Assembly (NCBI GenBank): GCA_043228905.1
Contig: JBHGNT010000007.1
Span: 10,292,001-10,356,000 of the forward strand
DNA length: 64,000 nt
DNA from: Azolla caroliniana
Lineage: Eukaryota; Plantae; Polypodiophyta
Direction of reading: 5' to 3'
In this document: positions 11,879-22,012 of the stretch, one piece after another
Layout: every line of letters begins with the position of its first letter
How positions within the stretch are numbered: the first letter of the stretch is position 1
Notes under the pieces: generated by a model
Told to the model about the DNA's origin: nothing
Database searches by the model: none
The model's input: only the letters and a program-made list of their open reading frames with translations
Made by a program: the position numbers and the translations under genes

Positions 11879-14515
11879 ATGGAACCACAAACGCTGTCGG
11901 AAGCGGCCAGGAAATGGTTCAGGCAAAACGGACTGGAGGGGTTCTTGGCCATCATGGAGGCACCGCCGCACAGAGAAGCCGACCGGGTCATCAAGGAGCT
12001 CGCCACAGAGGTCATCACCGAGGAAGCGATCCGCGCGCTAACAGGCCTTCCGGAGGGAGGAATCTTTCAGATCGATAACCCAAACTCGGAGCAACTCACC
12101 CGATATTTCGGTGAGTACTCCGTTGCCGGCAAAGGCTATCGGACGCAGGGCGGCGAAGATCCGCTATTCAGGGAGATAGCTCGAGTGCTCCATGAGTACG
12201 GTCACGTGTACCCCCGACCCCCTGTCATGCCAAAAAATCGGGCAGGGATGATCATAGCCACCTATGAAGGGATCAAGGTGGACTGGCCGGTGTTGATTGC
12301 AGACGGGTTGTGCATGGCAATCGACATGGTACGAGGGAAGGACGGCAAGGAGGGCCGGAAGCTGTGGCACGCCGTAGCTCAATGGATAACATTGCTCGTG
12401 CCACCGGTCGAGACCGCCCAGCCAAAGAAGCGGCCCAGAGTATCGGAAGGAAGCACCTCGAAGCCGGCGTCCAAACGACAGCAGCTGCTGGTGTCGAAGG
12501 CGACGAAAGGGAAGAAACGGGTCCCAGAACCGGAGGAGGTGTCACCGGTCCGACCCGTCAAGATAACCTTACGGAGACCGGGACAGAAGGAACCGGAACC
12601 CTTGACGGCACAGAAACATGCCGTGACACAGGAAGAGGAAACGGAGGAGCCAGAGGAGCACCTCCAACGACGGTCAAGAAGTAGGACCGCCGAGACAGAA
12701 GGGGAGCGGTCATACCTGCGAGAGGCAGAAACGCCCCCAACTCAACCTGAGCAAACCACAAGGGAAGAACCGGAACCGGTGCGTAGGGAACCGGTCTTGT
12801 CGACTTCTATAGAAGAAGTCAGTCCAACGGCTCCGGAGACGGCGGGAACCGGAACGCAACAGCCGGCGAGCACAGCCAGCGCACACGGCGGCCAAGGAGT
12901 AGAACCAGAACGGCGTATGCAGGCACTCAGGCCAGACAATTCCACAGGGAATGAGCCGACCCGACCAGGACAGCAACAAGGCACCAGTAGCATGTGGCTA
13001 CGGTGGGTAGGCGAGCAAATCGCCGGAGTGGTCGAGTATATAGAGGCGGAAGAGAGAACGCACCAGGAACGGTTGCTCGTCACAACCGTAGATCTAGAGA
13101 CGGCCCGGTCCAGAATCCGGAGCCTTGAACAAGACTTGGACAGGGTCACAAGGGAAACACAAGTCCAAGCACCGGTGACTCCGGGCAATGTACAGAATAA
13201 AGCGGCAGATCAACCTGTACATAGCAATCAGACCCCGGCAACGGAAACCGTTCCGGAGAGAAATGCGGCACAAGCCCAAGAGCTTGCGGATTTAAAGGAT
13301 GAGCTTGCTGCCCAAGAAGCGCTGAGGAGCCGCGAAAGAGAATTGAAGACGGCAGCGGAGGCGGAACTCAAAAAGACTGCTGAGAATCTACGCCGGGCCG
13401 AGGAGAGCTTACGGAAAGGCCACCAAGCGTACGACCGGCTCAAGGAGGAAAAGGAGAAAATGCTGCAAGAGAAGGACAAGCTCCGGAGGAACGCCGAAAC
13501 AGAAGTAGAGCGCCTGAAAGAGGAACTCCGGCAGGTAAAGGACCGGGAGGACCGGAACAATCGCCAGATCAACGGCAAGCTCAAACAAAAAACGGAGGAA
13601 TTTGAGCAATTGCACCGGGAGTATAAACGATTACAAACGGAGCACAAGGAACGGACGGATGAGCTCCGGCAAGCAGTTGATCGGACCGCAACCGCATTCG
13701 CCAAGGAACAAGCGGAAAACAGAAGACGGTTGGAAGAAGCGGAGAAGGTTCGGACAGAGCTCCTCAGGCAACAGCAGGCGGAAAAAGAAAGAGCGGCGGA
13801 GGTACTGCAGAGGCTGCAAACGACATATCAAGGGCAGCTGACGCGCTACAGGGAGCAGGCGGAGGATACGACAAACCTCATCAAGCAGTTGAAGGAGGAG
13901 CGACAAGTGGTGGAAAGCAGAGCACAGATGGGAGCAAGTCGCATCCAGGATATAATGCGGGCCTGGTTGAACCAGACCAAGAGCTTGATTGATAACGGTT
14001 CCGTCAAATGGTGGACCAAGTGGGCCACGAACGCGGCGGAACTCCAATTGCTCCGGGCTGACGTAGAGAACCGGCAGAAGGAGGGAGATGATTGCTATAT
14101 GCTGAATTCTGAAGACTTCACCGGCATAAGAGATGAGCTGGCCGAAGACTTTCAAGCCTTGGCGGAGGACCAACTAGAGCAAGTCCGGCAACTTGTAGCT
14201 CAGCTGGACGACGACAGGCTGGAGGCGCAGATCCAGTTTGAAAGCTACGAGAGGTCCCGGATCCGGGGAGAGAAAGAACGAGAACCAGTTACGGTCAACC
14301 TCAGTGATGAGGAACCGTTACTGGAAGGAGACCGGACCGGAAGCAGTCAAACGGAGATGCCGGAGCCAGAGAGACAAACGGAGCAGCAGCCGGAGCAACC
14401 TCAGTCCCAACCGCAACCACAGCAGCAGCAGCAAGCACAGCCGCAACAACCACAACCGGAAGAACAAGTGGAAATTCTTGAACAAAGTAATTTGGACAAT
14501 TTGGGTGAACAATGA
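11879..14515 (+). CDS. Extra retrotransposon ORF between pol and 3' LTR (~878 aa from ATG 11879): globular N-domain, basic NLS-like motifs, long coiled coil, Q/E-rich tail
   Basis: Uninterrupted frame 11579..14515 inside the element, with PKKRPR and KGKKR motifs and an extensive E/K/R/Q heptad-like region. No obvious transmembrane segment. Confidence 0.85.
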   Translation: MEPQTLSEAARKWFRQNGLEGFLAIMEAPPHREADRVIKELATEVITEEAIRALTGLPEGGIFQIDNPNSEQLTRYFGEYSVAGKGYRTQGGEDPLFREIARVLHEYGHVYPRPPVMPKNRAGMIIATYEGIKVDWPVLIADGLCMAIDMVRGKDGKEGRKLWHAVAQWITLLVPPVETAQPKKRPRVSEGSTSKPASKRQQLLVSKATKGKKRVPEPEEVSPVRPVKITLRRPGQKEPEPLTAQKHAVTQEEETEEPEEHLQRRSRSRTAETEGERSYLREAETPPTQPEQTTREEPEPVRREPVLSTSIEEVSPTAPETAGTGTQQPASTASAHGGQGVEPERRMQALRPDNSTGNEPTRPGQQQGTSSMWLRWVGEQIAGVVEYIEAEERTHQERLLVTTVDLETARSRIRSLEQDLDRVTRETQVQAPVTPGNVQNKAADQPVHSNQTPATETVPERNAAQAQELADLKDELAAQEALRSRERELKTAAEAELKKTAENLRRAEESLRKGHQAYDRLKEEKEKMLQEKDKLRRNAETEVERLKEELRQVKDREDRNNRQINGKLKQKTEEFEQLHREYKRLQTEHKERTDELRQAVDRTATAFAKEQAENRRRLEEAEKVRTELLRQQQAEKERAAEVLQRLQTTYQGQLTRYREQAEDTTNLIKQLKEERQVVESRAQMGASRIQDIMRAWLNQTKSLIDNGSVKWWTKWATNAAELQLLRADVENRQKEGDDCYMLNSEDFTGIRDELAEDFQALAEDQLEQVRQLVAQLDDDRLEAQIQFESYERSRIRGEKEREPVTVNLSDEEPLLEGDRTGSSQTEMPEPERQTEQQPEQPQSQPQPQQQQQAQPQQPQPEEQVEILEQSNLDNLGEQ

Positions 14516-16582
14516 AGGGGCCGAGAAGGGTTCGACGTACAAGGTACTGTCCCACGGGCGTGCCATGTGTTACCGGCCGGCAAGGAGTCCAAAATACGGA
14601 GTGAAGGAATTAATTAGATATGGTTGTAAATGAGCATAGTGTGGACGGACGGACTGGAAACGGTATGCCGTTCCAGATCCGGACGGATCCCGAATAGGTG
14701 CGAGAGGCACCGTTTTGTACTACGGGCCGGAAACCTATTTAAAGGCCCGGACCCTATTGTAATGACAGCGGATAATTAATAGAGATTATGATGTTTATAC
14801 TTCTGTCTTGATTCCGTTCTGTAATCACTGTTATATCTTACGCGTGTAATTAACCCAAGCAATCTAATCGTGTAACCTACGTAAGTCGGTGTAATCGTTG
14901 AATCTTAATCCTATGCCGTAATCACCCTTTGGTGAAGTGTCTCCGTGACACCTTGTGTTAGGCCTTGTCCGGCTAAGCGAATAACATAGATGAGAAGTTG
15001 ATAGACAGTCGATGCAGCTAGATCACTTCCTTTGCTACCTCTGATGTTGCTATGTACTTGGCCTCTGTGGTCGATAGGGCCATGCACTCTTGGAGCTTCG
15101 ACCTCCATGATATCACACCGCCACCATAGGTGAAAATATAGCCTAATGTTGACTTTCGATTGTTCGTATTTCCTGCATAGTCGGAGTTAGTGTAGGCTTC
15201 GACTTCAGCTGAGGTTGTCAAACCGAAAGTCAATTGTGTATCTTTGGTCTCTCTCAGGTACCTGAAGATGTGCTTGATGGTCTGCCAATGCTTACGTCCT
15301 GGGTTTGACATGTACTGGCTAACCACTCCTACGGCATAGGCTAGGTCGGGTCGGGTCGCCACCATTGCGTACATGATACTTCCTATGGCCGATGCATAGG
15401 GCATATTTCCATTAAGCTTTCTCTTCTTGTTCGTTGAAGGAGAGTCCTTGTCTAATAGTCGGATACATATTTGTATCAAAAAACACATTGGCAAGGTAAC
15501 AACTTTCTTCCAACTTGAAGTTCGACCAGTTCCCATGTCTGATTCTTGTGAATCGAGTCCATTTCGGATTTCATGGCTTGGAGCCATGTTTCGGCGTCCG
15601 TTGCGGCCATAGCTTCTTCATGAGTGCTTGGTTCACCTGCATTGGTGTAGTTGACGTAGTCAAGGCCCGGTTGAAAAAACTTTGTTGGCCTTTGAGCTCG
15701 TCCTAATCCCCTGGGTGCCAAGACAAGTTGTTCGGAAGACAAGTCGTTCGGATTCTTTGATCGGCTTTGTTGGTTGATCAGTATGTGTTGAACCATTTGT
15801 CTGCACCTATTGACTTTGTCAACTCGGCTCTGTTTCCTACTCGCATCTTGTTGACTTTGCCTTGTTCAACTCTTGTCAAATCGGCCTCGTCTTCGAGTTC
15901 AACTAGTAGACTTCCTACCGATTTGGAATCGGCAGGTATGTTGTTGGCTTGGTCGATTTCGACTGTTTGTTGAATCTCTGAGTCGGCCTGGTGGGTCGGT
16001 CTTCTACGACGTCTTTGTTGTCTTTGAAGGATACCTGTCATGATAACAGTCACATCATGCATCGAAAAGATCATGACACTCACATTATGACTCGAAAGGA
16101 TTTGAACCCACGACCTTGTTGTACACATGTCAAATCCTTAACCATTGTATTAATATTCTTATATGTATAGTCTCTAGAATATGAAATCTAATATCATAGG
16201 AATATTCTATATTACTCTACATTCTAGAATGACCTAGAATATTCTAGAGTGTTCTATACCACTAGAACCTTCTAGAATACTCTAGAGATCTTCTAGATTA
16301 CTCTACATTCTAGGATAACCTAGAATATTCTAGAGAGTTCTCTATTACTTATAAATAAGGATCTACCACCCATCCCAAACCTAAATTGGTTCAACGCCAT
16401 TTTGTAGCCTACTCTTTGTAATCCATTTTACGCTTCAATATAATAATTCTCTTTCAATTATCTCTCTATCTCTTTTTCTCTCTCTTTCTCTCTCTTAGTC
16501 TTGACAGTTTGAACCAATTTCTTTCCTTTCATCTCTTCGTCTTCCACAAACCCTAACAAGTTCTCCTCTCCCCTCATAAGCT

Positions 16583-17707
16583 ATGGAGTCCGTGAGCAAA
16601 CAAGAATACATGCGTGTTCTTTCTGAGCTCAACATGCTCACGAATAAATTTGTGGCATTAGAGCATGAGAATCAAAGGCTACTTGGAGATCTACAACACG
16701 TGAGCGCCGAAAAAGCTCAACAATATGAAGAGTTATCACAGCGGGTTCATCAACATGAGGCGACTATATTGTCATTACGAGAGCAAGCGTCGGGGGCTCA
16801 GAACTCCCCTAGAGAGCCAAAGATCAGCCTCCCTGCCAAGTTTGATGGTACGAGGTCTTTATTTCGAGGCTTTTTGAATCAAGTTCGTCTAGTTATTCAG
16901 CTACATCCCAATCGGTATCCAACTGATGCTGCTCGTGTGGGATTAGTGGGAACTTTGCTATGCGGTACGGCGTTAGCATGGTTCGCACCACTTCTCGAGA
17001 AGAAATCACCATTGTTGGAGGATTTCGAGGCATTTGTTAAAGAGTTTCAAGCTAGTTTCGGAGACACCGATAGCACTAGGACAGCGATAAACAAGATTCG
17101 AAGGCTCCGACAAGGAGATCGTCCCGCGTCGTCTTATGCAGCCGATTTCCGTCTCTTGGCATGCGATATCCCTTGGGATGAAGCAGCTTTAATGGATCAA
17201 TTTCGTCAAGGTTTGAGAAATGATGTCAAAGATCTTCTTCTTACTTTCCCTGAAGATCCGAAGTCACTTACAGAAGCCATTAGTCGAGCTGTGCGATGTG
17301 ATAATCGCCTATTTGAGCGACGTTCTGAGCGCCAACAAATGTTACGCCGCCAACCTGAACAGACTTACGCTTCCGTAGTCGCAACGCCTCCACAAGTTTC
17401 TAGACCCATTACAAGGGATGGCCCAACTCCGATGGAAATAGAGTCAACACAACGTCGTGGGCCGTTATCAGATGCTGAGAAGCAACGACGTCGAGCGCAT
17501 CGCCTCTGCCTGTATTGTGGTGGTCCAGGACATATAGCTGTAAATTGTCCACATAAACCTAGGCGTCAAGTATACCAAGTAAGTGCCCATGAAAACCCTA
17601 CATCGAGTTCTATTGTTACTTCTAATAACATAAATAAGCCTCATAGTCCATGTCATGAGAATAGATTCGATGTCTTGAGTCAATTAGAGGATGTGTTAAA
17701 CGAGTAA
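16583..17707 (+). CDS. Chromovirus Gag (coiled coil, retrotrans_gag, CCHC)
   Basis: PAKFDG, LRQG..YAADF, GPTPMEI, CLYCGGPGHIAVNC. Confidence 0.93.
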   Translation: MESVSKQEYMRVLSELNMLTNKFVALEHENQRLLGDLQHVSAEKAQQYEELSQRVHQHEATILSLREQASGAQNSPREPKISLPAKFDGTRSLFRGFLNQVRLVIQLHPNRYPTDAARVGLVGTLLCGTALAWFAPLLEKKSPLLEDFEAFVKEFQASFGDTDSTRTAINKIRRLRQGDRPASSYAADFRLLACDIPWDEAALMDQFRQGLRNDVKDLLLTFPEDPKSLTEAISRAVRCDNRLFERRSERQQMLRRQPEQTYASVVATPPQVSRPITRDGPTPMEIESTQRRGPLSDAEKQRRRAHRLCLYCGGPGHIAVNCPHKPRRQVYQVSAHENPTSSSIVTSNNINKPHSPCHENRFDVLSQLEDVLNE

Positions 17708-17743
17708 GTCCGGCCAAAATAGGAGCCATTTGGCTGGACCATC

Positions 17744-18007
17744 TGATGTACACAGTGCTCGGCCACAACCGAGGAATAGGATTAACTCACAGAAAACAGG
17801 AAATACAAAATGCACGAAGATAATAGAGAGAAGAGTACACAGGATGTTTTACGTGGAAAACCCTAAATGGGAAAAACCACGGGAGTCCTCAAACTCCAAC
17901 TATCACTATAAACAGAGATGTACAATGGTGAAGCTACAAGGCAACAACCTTGGGCTCACTGTCTTCGCCACAGGCGGCGGTAATACACAGAGGCAACGAC
18001 CTCTTCG

Positions 18008-18055
<48 letters not shown>

Positions 18056-18405
18056 CTGCTCACTTAGCTCCCTCTAAGTGGAAAATCAGAAAAATGAGTA
18101 ACAACACTAAACTGTTTGCCCTAAGTCATATTTATACACATATGACTTTCGGGCTATTTACAAATATAGCCTCAAGGGCCCTTGGCAAACATATTCACAA
18201 ATATGTCCCCGCATCCGGATCTCTCTCCGGGTACATTCGTCATCCGGCTCCGTAGCCGGGGTCTTCATCATCCGGCTCCGTAGCCGGGGTCTTCATCATC
18301 CGGCTCCGTAGCCGGGTACTCTTCATCCTCCGGTTCCGTAACCGCAACCGGGCTTGCCGTCATTCATCTCCGGACATCCCATCCGGAGGGACCGAAATCC
18401 CAACA
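17744..18405 (-). mobile_element. Solo LTR of copia family C type inserted at the gag/pol junction
   Basis: TG...CA ends, TSD CCATC (17739-17743 / 18406-18410), and starts TGTTGGGA..GGTCCCTCCGGATGGGA like the other family C LTRs. Contains a (CT)n tract and ~28-bp tandem repeats at 18241-18345. Confidence 0.92.
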
Positions 18406-18410
18406 CCATC

Positions 18411-21400
18411 TTAGCTATGTAGAGTTAGTTCCTAGTCGTGGTTCCATTTCATCAAATCAAGTGAGTCGAGTTTTTTCAGCACAAGTCGAGCTTACCACAT
18501 CTACATGTCATCGAGTCCTAGCCTCTGCCCTTCTAGATTCTGGAGCCAACTCTTGTTTCATGGATCGTGAATTTGCCTTGTCACAAAACATCCTCTTGAA
18601 TAAGCTTCCCAACCCAGTAGCCGTAGGAGTCATCGATGGACGTCCCATAGCATCAGGAGATATAGTCGAGGAGTCCGAGCCAATTAGGATAGTTCTTGGC
18701 AATTTGGCAAGCATAATCTCTTTCAATATTATTCGTAGTCCGAACCACCCAATAGTTCTAGGTCTCCCCTGGTTTGAACTCCATAACCCGAAGATTGATT
18801 GGATGAAAAGAACAATTGAGGAGACTCGGGAAAAAAGCACAAATCCCGCATCCCTCTCTCCTACATGTGCTAATAGATCCCCGGAGTTATCGCCCATCTC
18901 TTTACGACAGTTGCGGGAGGAAGGGGGGAACGAGGCCATGTTCGTATTCGCAATAGTAGCAACTCCATCATCCACTTCACGTGACGCGGATATTAAACTA
19001 CCAGAGAAATACAAGGAGTTTTCAGATGTCTTTGATAAGGTGAAGGCCAATACATTGCCGGAGCATCGGCCATACGACTGCCCTATTGACTTACAACCAG
19101 GGAAAGAACCTCCATGGGGCCCAATTTATAATCTCTCCCCTGTAGAGCTAGAGACTTTGCGGGAATATATTGATGAGAATCTAGCAAACGGATTCATTCG
19201 GCATTCTAGATCCCCTGCTGGTGCACCTATCTTCTTCGTTAAGAAGAAGAATGGGACTCTTCGGTTGGTCGTGGATTATCGAGGGCTAAACAAAGTGACT
19301 ATCCGAAATAGATATGCTCTACCATTAATCCTGAATCTTTTGGAACGTCTCAGTGGTGCAAAATATTTCACGAAGTTGGACCTTCGCGGAGCATATAATC
19401 TAGTTCGGATTCGCCCAGGGGATGAATGGAAGACAGCTTTCCGCACTCGCTATGGACATTTTGAGTATACAGTGATGCCATTTGGTCTCACGAATGCACC
19501 TGCTGTTTTCCAACATATGGCGAACGATATTTTTCGAGATTTTCTTGATATCTTCACTATAGTTTACCTAGATGATATTTTAATCTACTCAAAGACCCAA
19601 GAGGAGCATGATGCACATGTTCGTCAAGTACTGCGCCGACTCCGAGAATATGGTCTCTACGCAAAATTAGAAAACTGTAGTTTCAGCCAGAATCAAGTGG
19701 AATTTCTGGGGTATGTTGTATCGTCAAATGGTATTGCTATGGACCCCATGAAGGTACAGGCAATTTTAGAGTGGCAAACGCCCCTTTCAGTGCGTGATGT
19801 GCAATGTTTTCTCGGGTTTGCAAATTTTTATCGAAAATTTATTAAAGATTATTCCAAGGTTGTGCTTCCGCTTACTCAGCTCACACATAAAGATCAACCA
19901 TTTATATGGAGTTCAGATGCATCCGAGGCATTCGAAAGCTTAAAACGAGCATTTACAACGGCACCTATCTTAGCACATGTCGACCCAACAAAACGCTTCA
20001 TCCTCGAAGTCGATGCATCCGATTTTGCACTAGGGAGTGTCCTCTCACAGACTGGAGATGATGGACAACTACACCCTGTCGCCTTTCATTCACGAAAGTT
20101 TGAAGCTGTAGAGATCAACTACGAGATCCATGACAAAGAGCTTCTTGCAATCGTGGATTCGTTTCAACAATGGCGTCATTTCCTAGAAGGTTCTTCTCAG
20201 CAGATCATTGTCTACAATGATCATAAGAACCTGACTTATTTCCAAAATGCTCGAGTCTTGAGTCGGCAACAAGCCCGGTGGGCGTAATTTTTGACTCACT
20301 TCGACTTTATCATCATATATCGCCCTGGGATGCAACAAGGCAAAGCAGATGCTCTTTCTCGGCGCTCTTATATGGAACTTCGTCCAGGGGAACCTGCTTT
20401 TGAGCATCAAAAACAAATCCTTTTGGGTCCTAATCGATTACGATTAATGGTAGTTAACGCCATAACAACTCTTGAAAATTCCACTCTTCTTGATTCCATT
20501 CGAGATCATATGGCCACTGATGATTTCGCCAAGGATGTTTTGGATCATATCGTCCCGGATCGTGCTTCTTGCTCACAGTCGAAAAATCCTCGTAATGACT
20601 ATTGTCAGTTCTATTGGCATGATGGTTTTCTATTTCGACAAAATTTATTGTATGTTCCTAATGGTCCCCCACGGCTACAAGTTTTGCAACATTGCCATGA
20701 CTCACCAATGGCTGGTCATTTTGGAGTTCACAAGACTCTAGAATTAATTTCTCGACGCTATTGGTGGCCTCGCCTTCGTCATTTTGTTGAGGAGTATGTT
20801 CGGAGTTGTGATATATGTTGTCGATCAAAGAATCCTCATCACCGACCCTATGGCTTACTACAACCACTTCCCATTCCGAAAACACCTTGGAAGTCTATAT
20901 CCTTGGACTTCATTACTGATCTCCCAGTTTCAAAAGGTTTTGATGCAATTCTCACAGTGGTTGATCGATTTACCAAAATGGCACATTTCTTGCCATGTAC
21001 AAAGTTGATTACTAGTCAAGAGACGGCTGATCTCGTTATGCGGGAGGTATTTAAGCATCATGGTCTGCTGGATGATATTATTAGTGATCGTGGTCCACAA
21101 TTCATCTCAAAGTTTTGGAAGCACCTGTTCAAACTTCTCCACATTTCAGTTAAGCTTTCTTCGGGCTATCATCCTGAAACAAATGGCCAAACAGAGCGTA
21201 CCAACCAGACATTGGAACAATATCTTCGTTGTTTCATCAACTATCAACAAGATGATTGGGTTGCATTTTTGCACTTGGCGGAATTCGCTTACAACAACTC
21301 AGCCCATTCTTCTACAGGATATTCCCCATTTTTCGCAAATACGGGCTGTCATCCTCGATGGACGATGAATGCGCATCCAGAAGTTCCTACCAACCCTGCT

Positions 21401-22012
21401 GCCGAGGATCGTCTTAGTCGCCTCCAAGAAATTCAAGCTAACATTCTCCACAATTTGCACGATGCTCAATTTACACACAAGAGGCTTGCCGATCGTCATC
21501 GTCTAGACTCCTCAAAAAAGTTCCGCATTGGGGATCATGTATGGCTTCTCCAACACAACATCAAGACCACTCGACCTTGCAGTAAATTGGATTACCAACG
21601 TTTTGGCCCTTACATGATCACTGGTAAGATAAGTGATGTTGCATTTCGTCTTGACCTCCCTCCGCACATGCATCTTCATCCGGTGTTTCATGTATCCCTT
21701 TTGGAACCTTATACTACAAGTTCAATTCCGGGCCGTCTTACGACACCCCCACCACCTGTCGAGTTCTTGGACGGGCCTGAATTTGAAGTTGCTACCATTC
21801 TCGATTCTAAAATCGTGCGCAACAAGTTGTATTACTTGGTCGATTGGCTAGGCTATACCCCCAATGATCGAACTTGGGAACCTGCCACAAATCTTTCCAA
21901 TGCTGCAGAACTCGTCAATGCATTTCATCGCCAATATCCTTGTAAACCAGGTCCTAATACAAACCCTACGACCCGTGAGACGTGTCATCGAAGAAGGGGG
22001 ATAGTGTCATGA
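18411..22012 (+). pseudogene. Chromovirus Pol (PR-RT-RH-INT-chromodomain) with one premature TAA at 20285-20287
   Basis: [25 protein letters not shown], and chromodomain FEVATILDS...YYLVDWLGY..DRTWEP. The two ORFs are in the same frame across a single stop. Confidence 0.95.

Larger units (their letters stand above)
9378..14986 (+). mobile_element. Young non-autonomous Ty3/gypsy element (non-chromovirus, Tat/Athila-like), 419-bp LTRs 9378-9796 and 14568-14986
   Basis: TG...CA LTRs with no differences spotted, TSD TAGAT (9373-9377 / 14987-14991), and PBS tggcgaccac at ~9802. Most of gag, all of PR and RH, and part of RT are deleted. Confidence 0.95.

Noticed and set aside
12742-14173. Minus-strand ORFs opposite the extra ORF
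   Set aside because: Antisense shadows of E/K/R/Q-rich codons.
11879-14515. Extra ORF as Env, or as a captured host myosin/SMC gene
   Set aside because: No signal peptide or transmembrane helix, no motor/ATPase motif, no introns. Coiled-coil resemblance alone is non-specific.
18241-18345. ~28-bp direct repeats as a CRISPR-like array
   Set aside because: Contiguous tandem repeats without unique spacers, inside a copia LTR in eukaryotic DNA.
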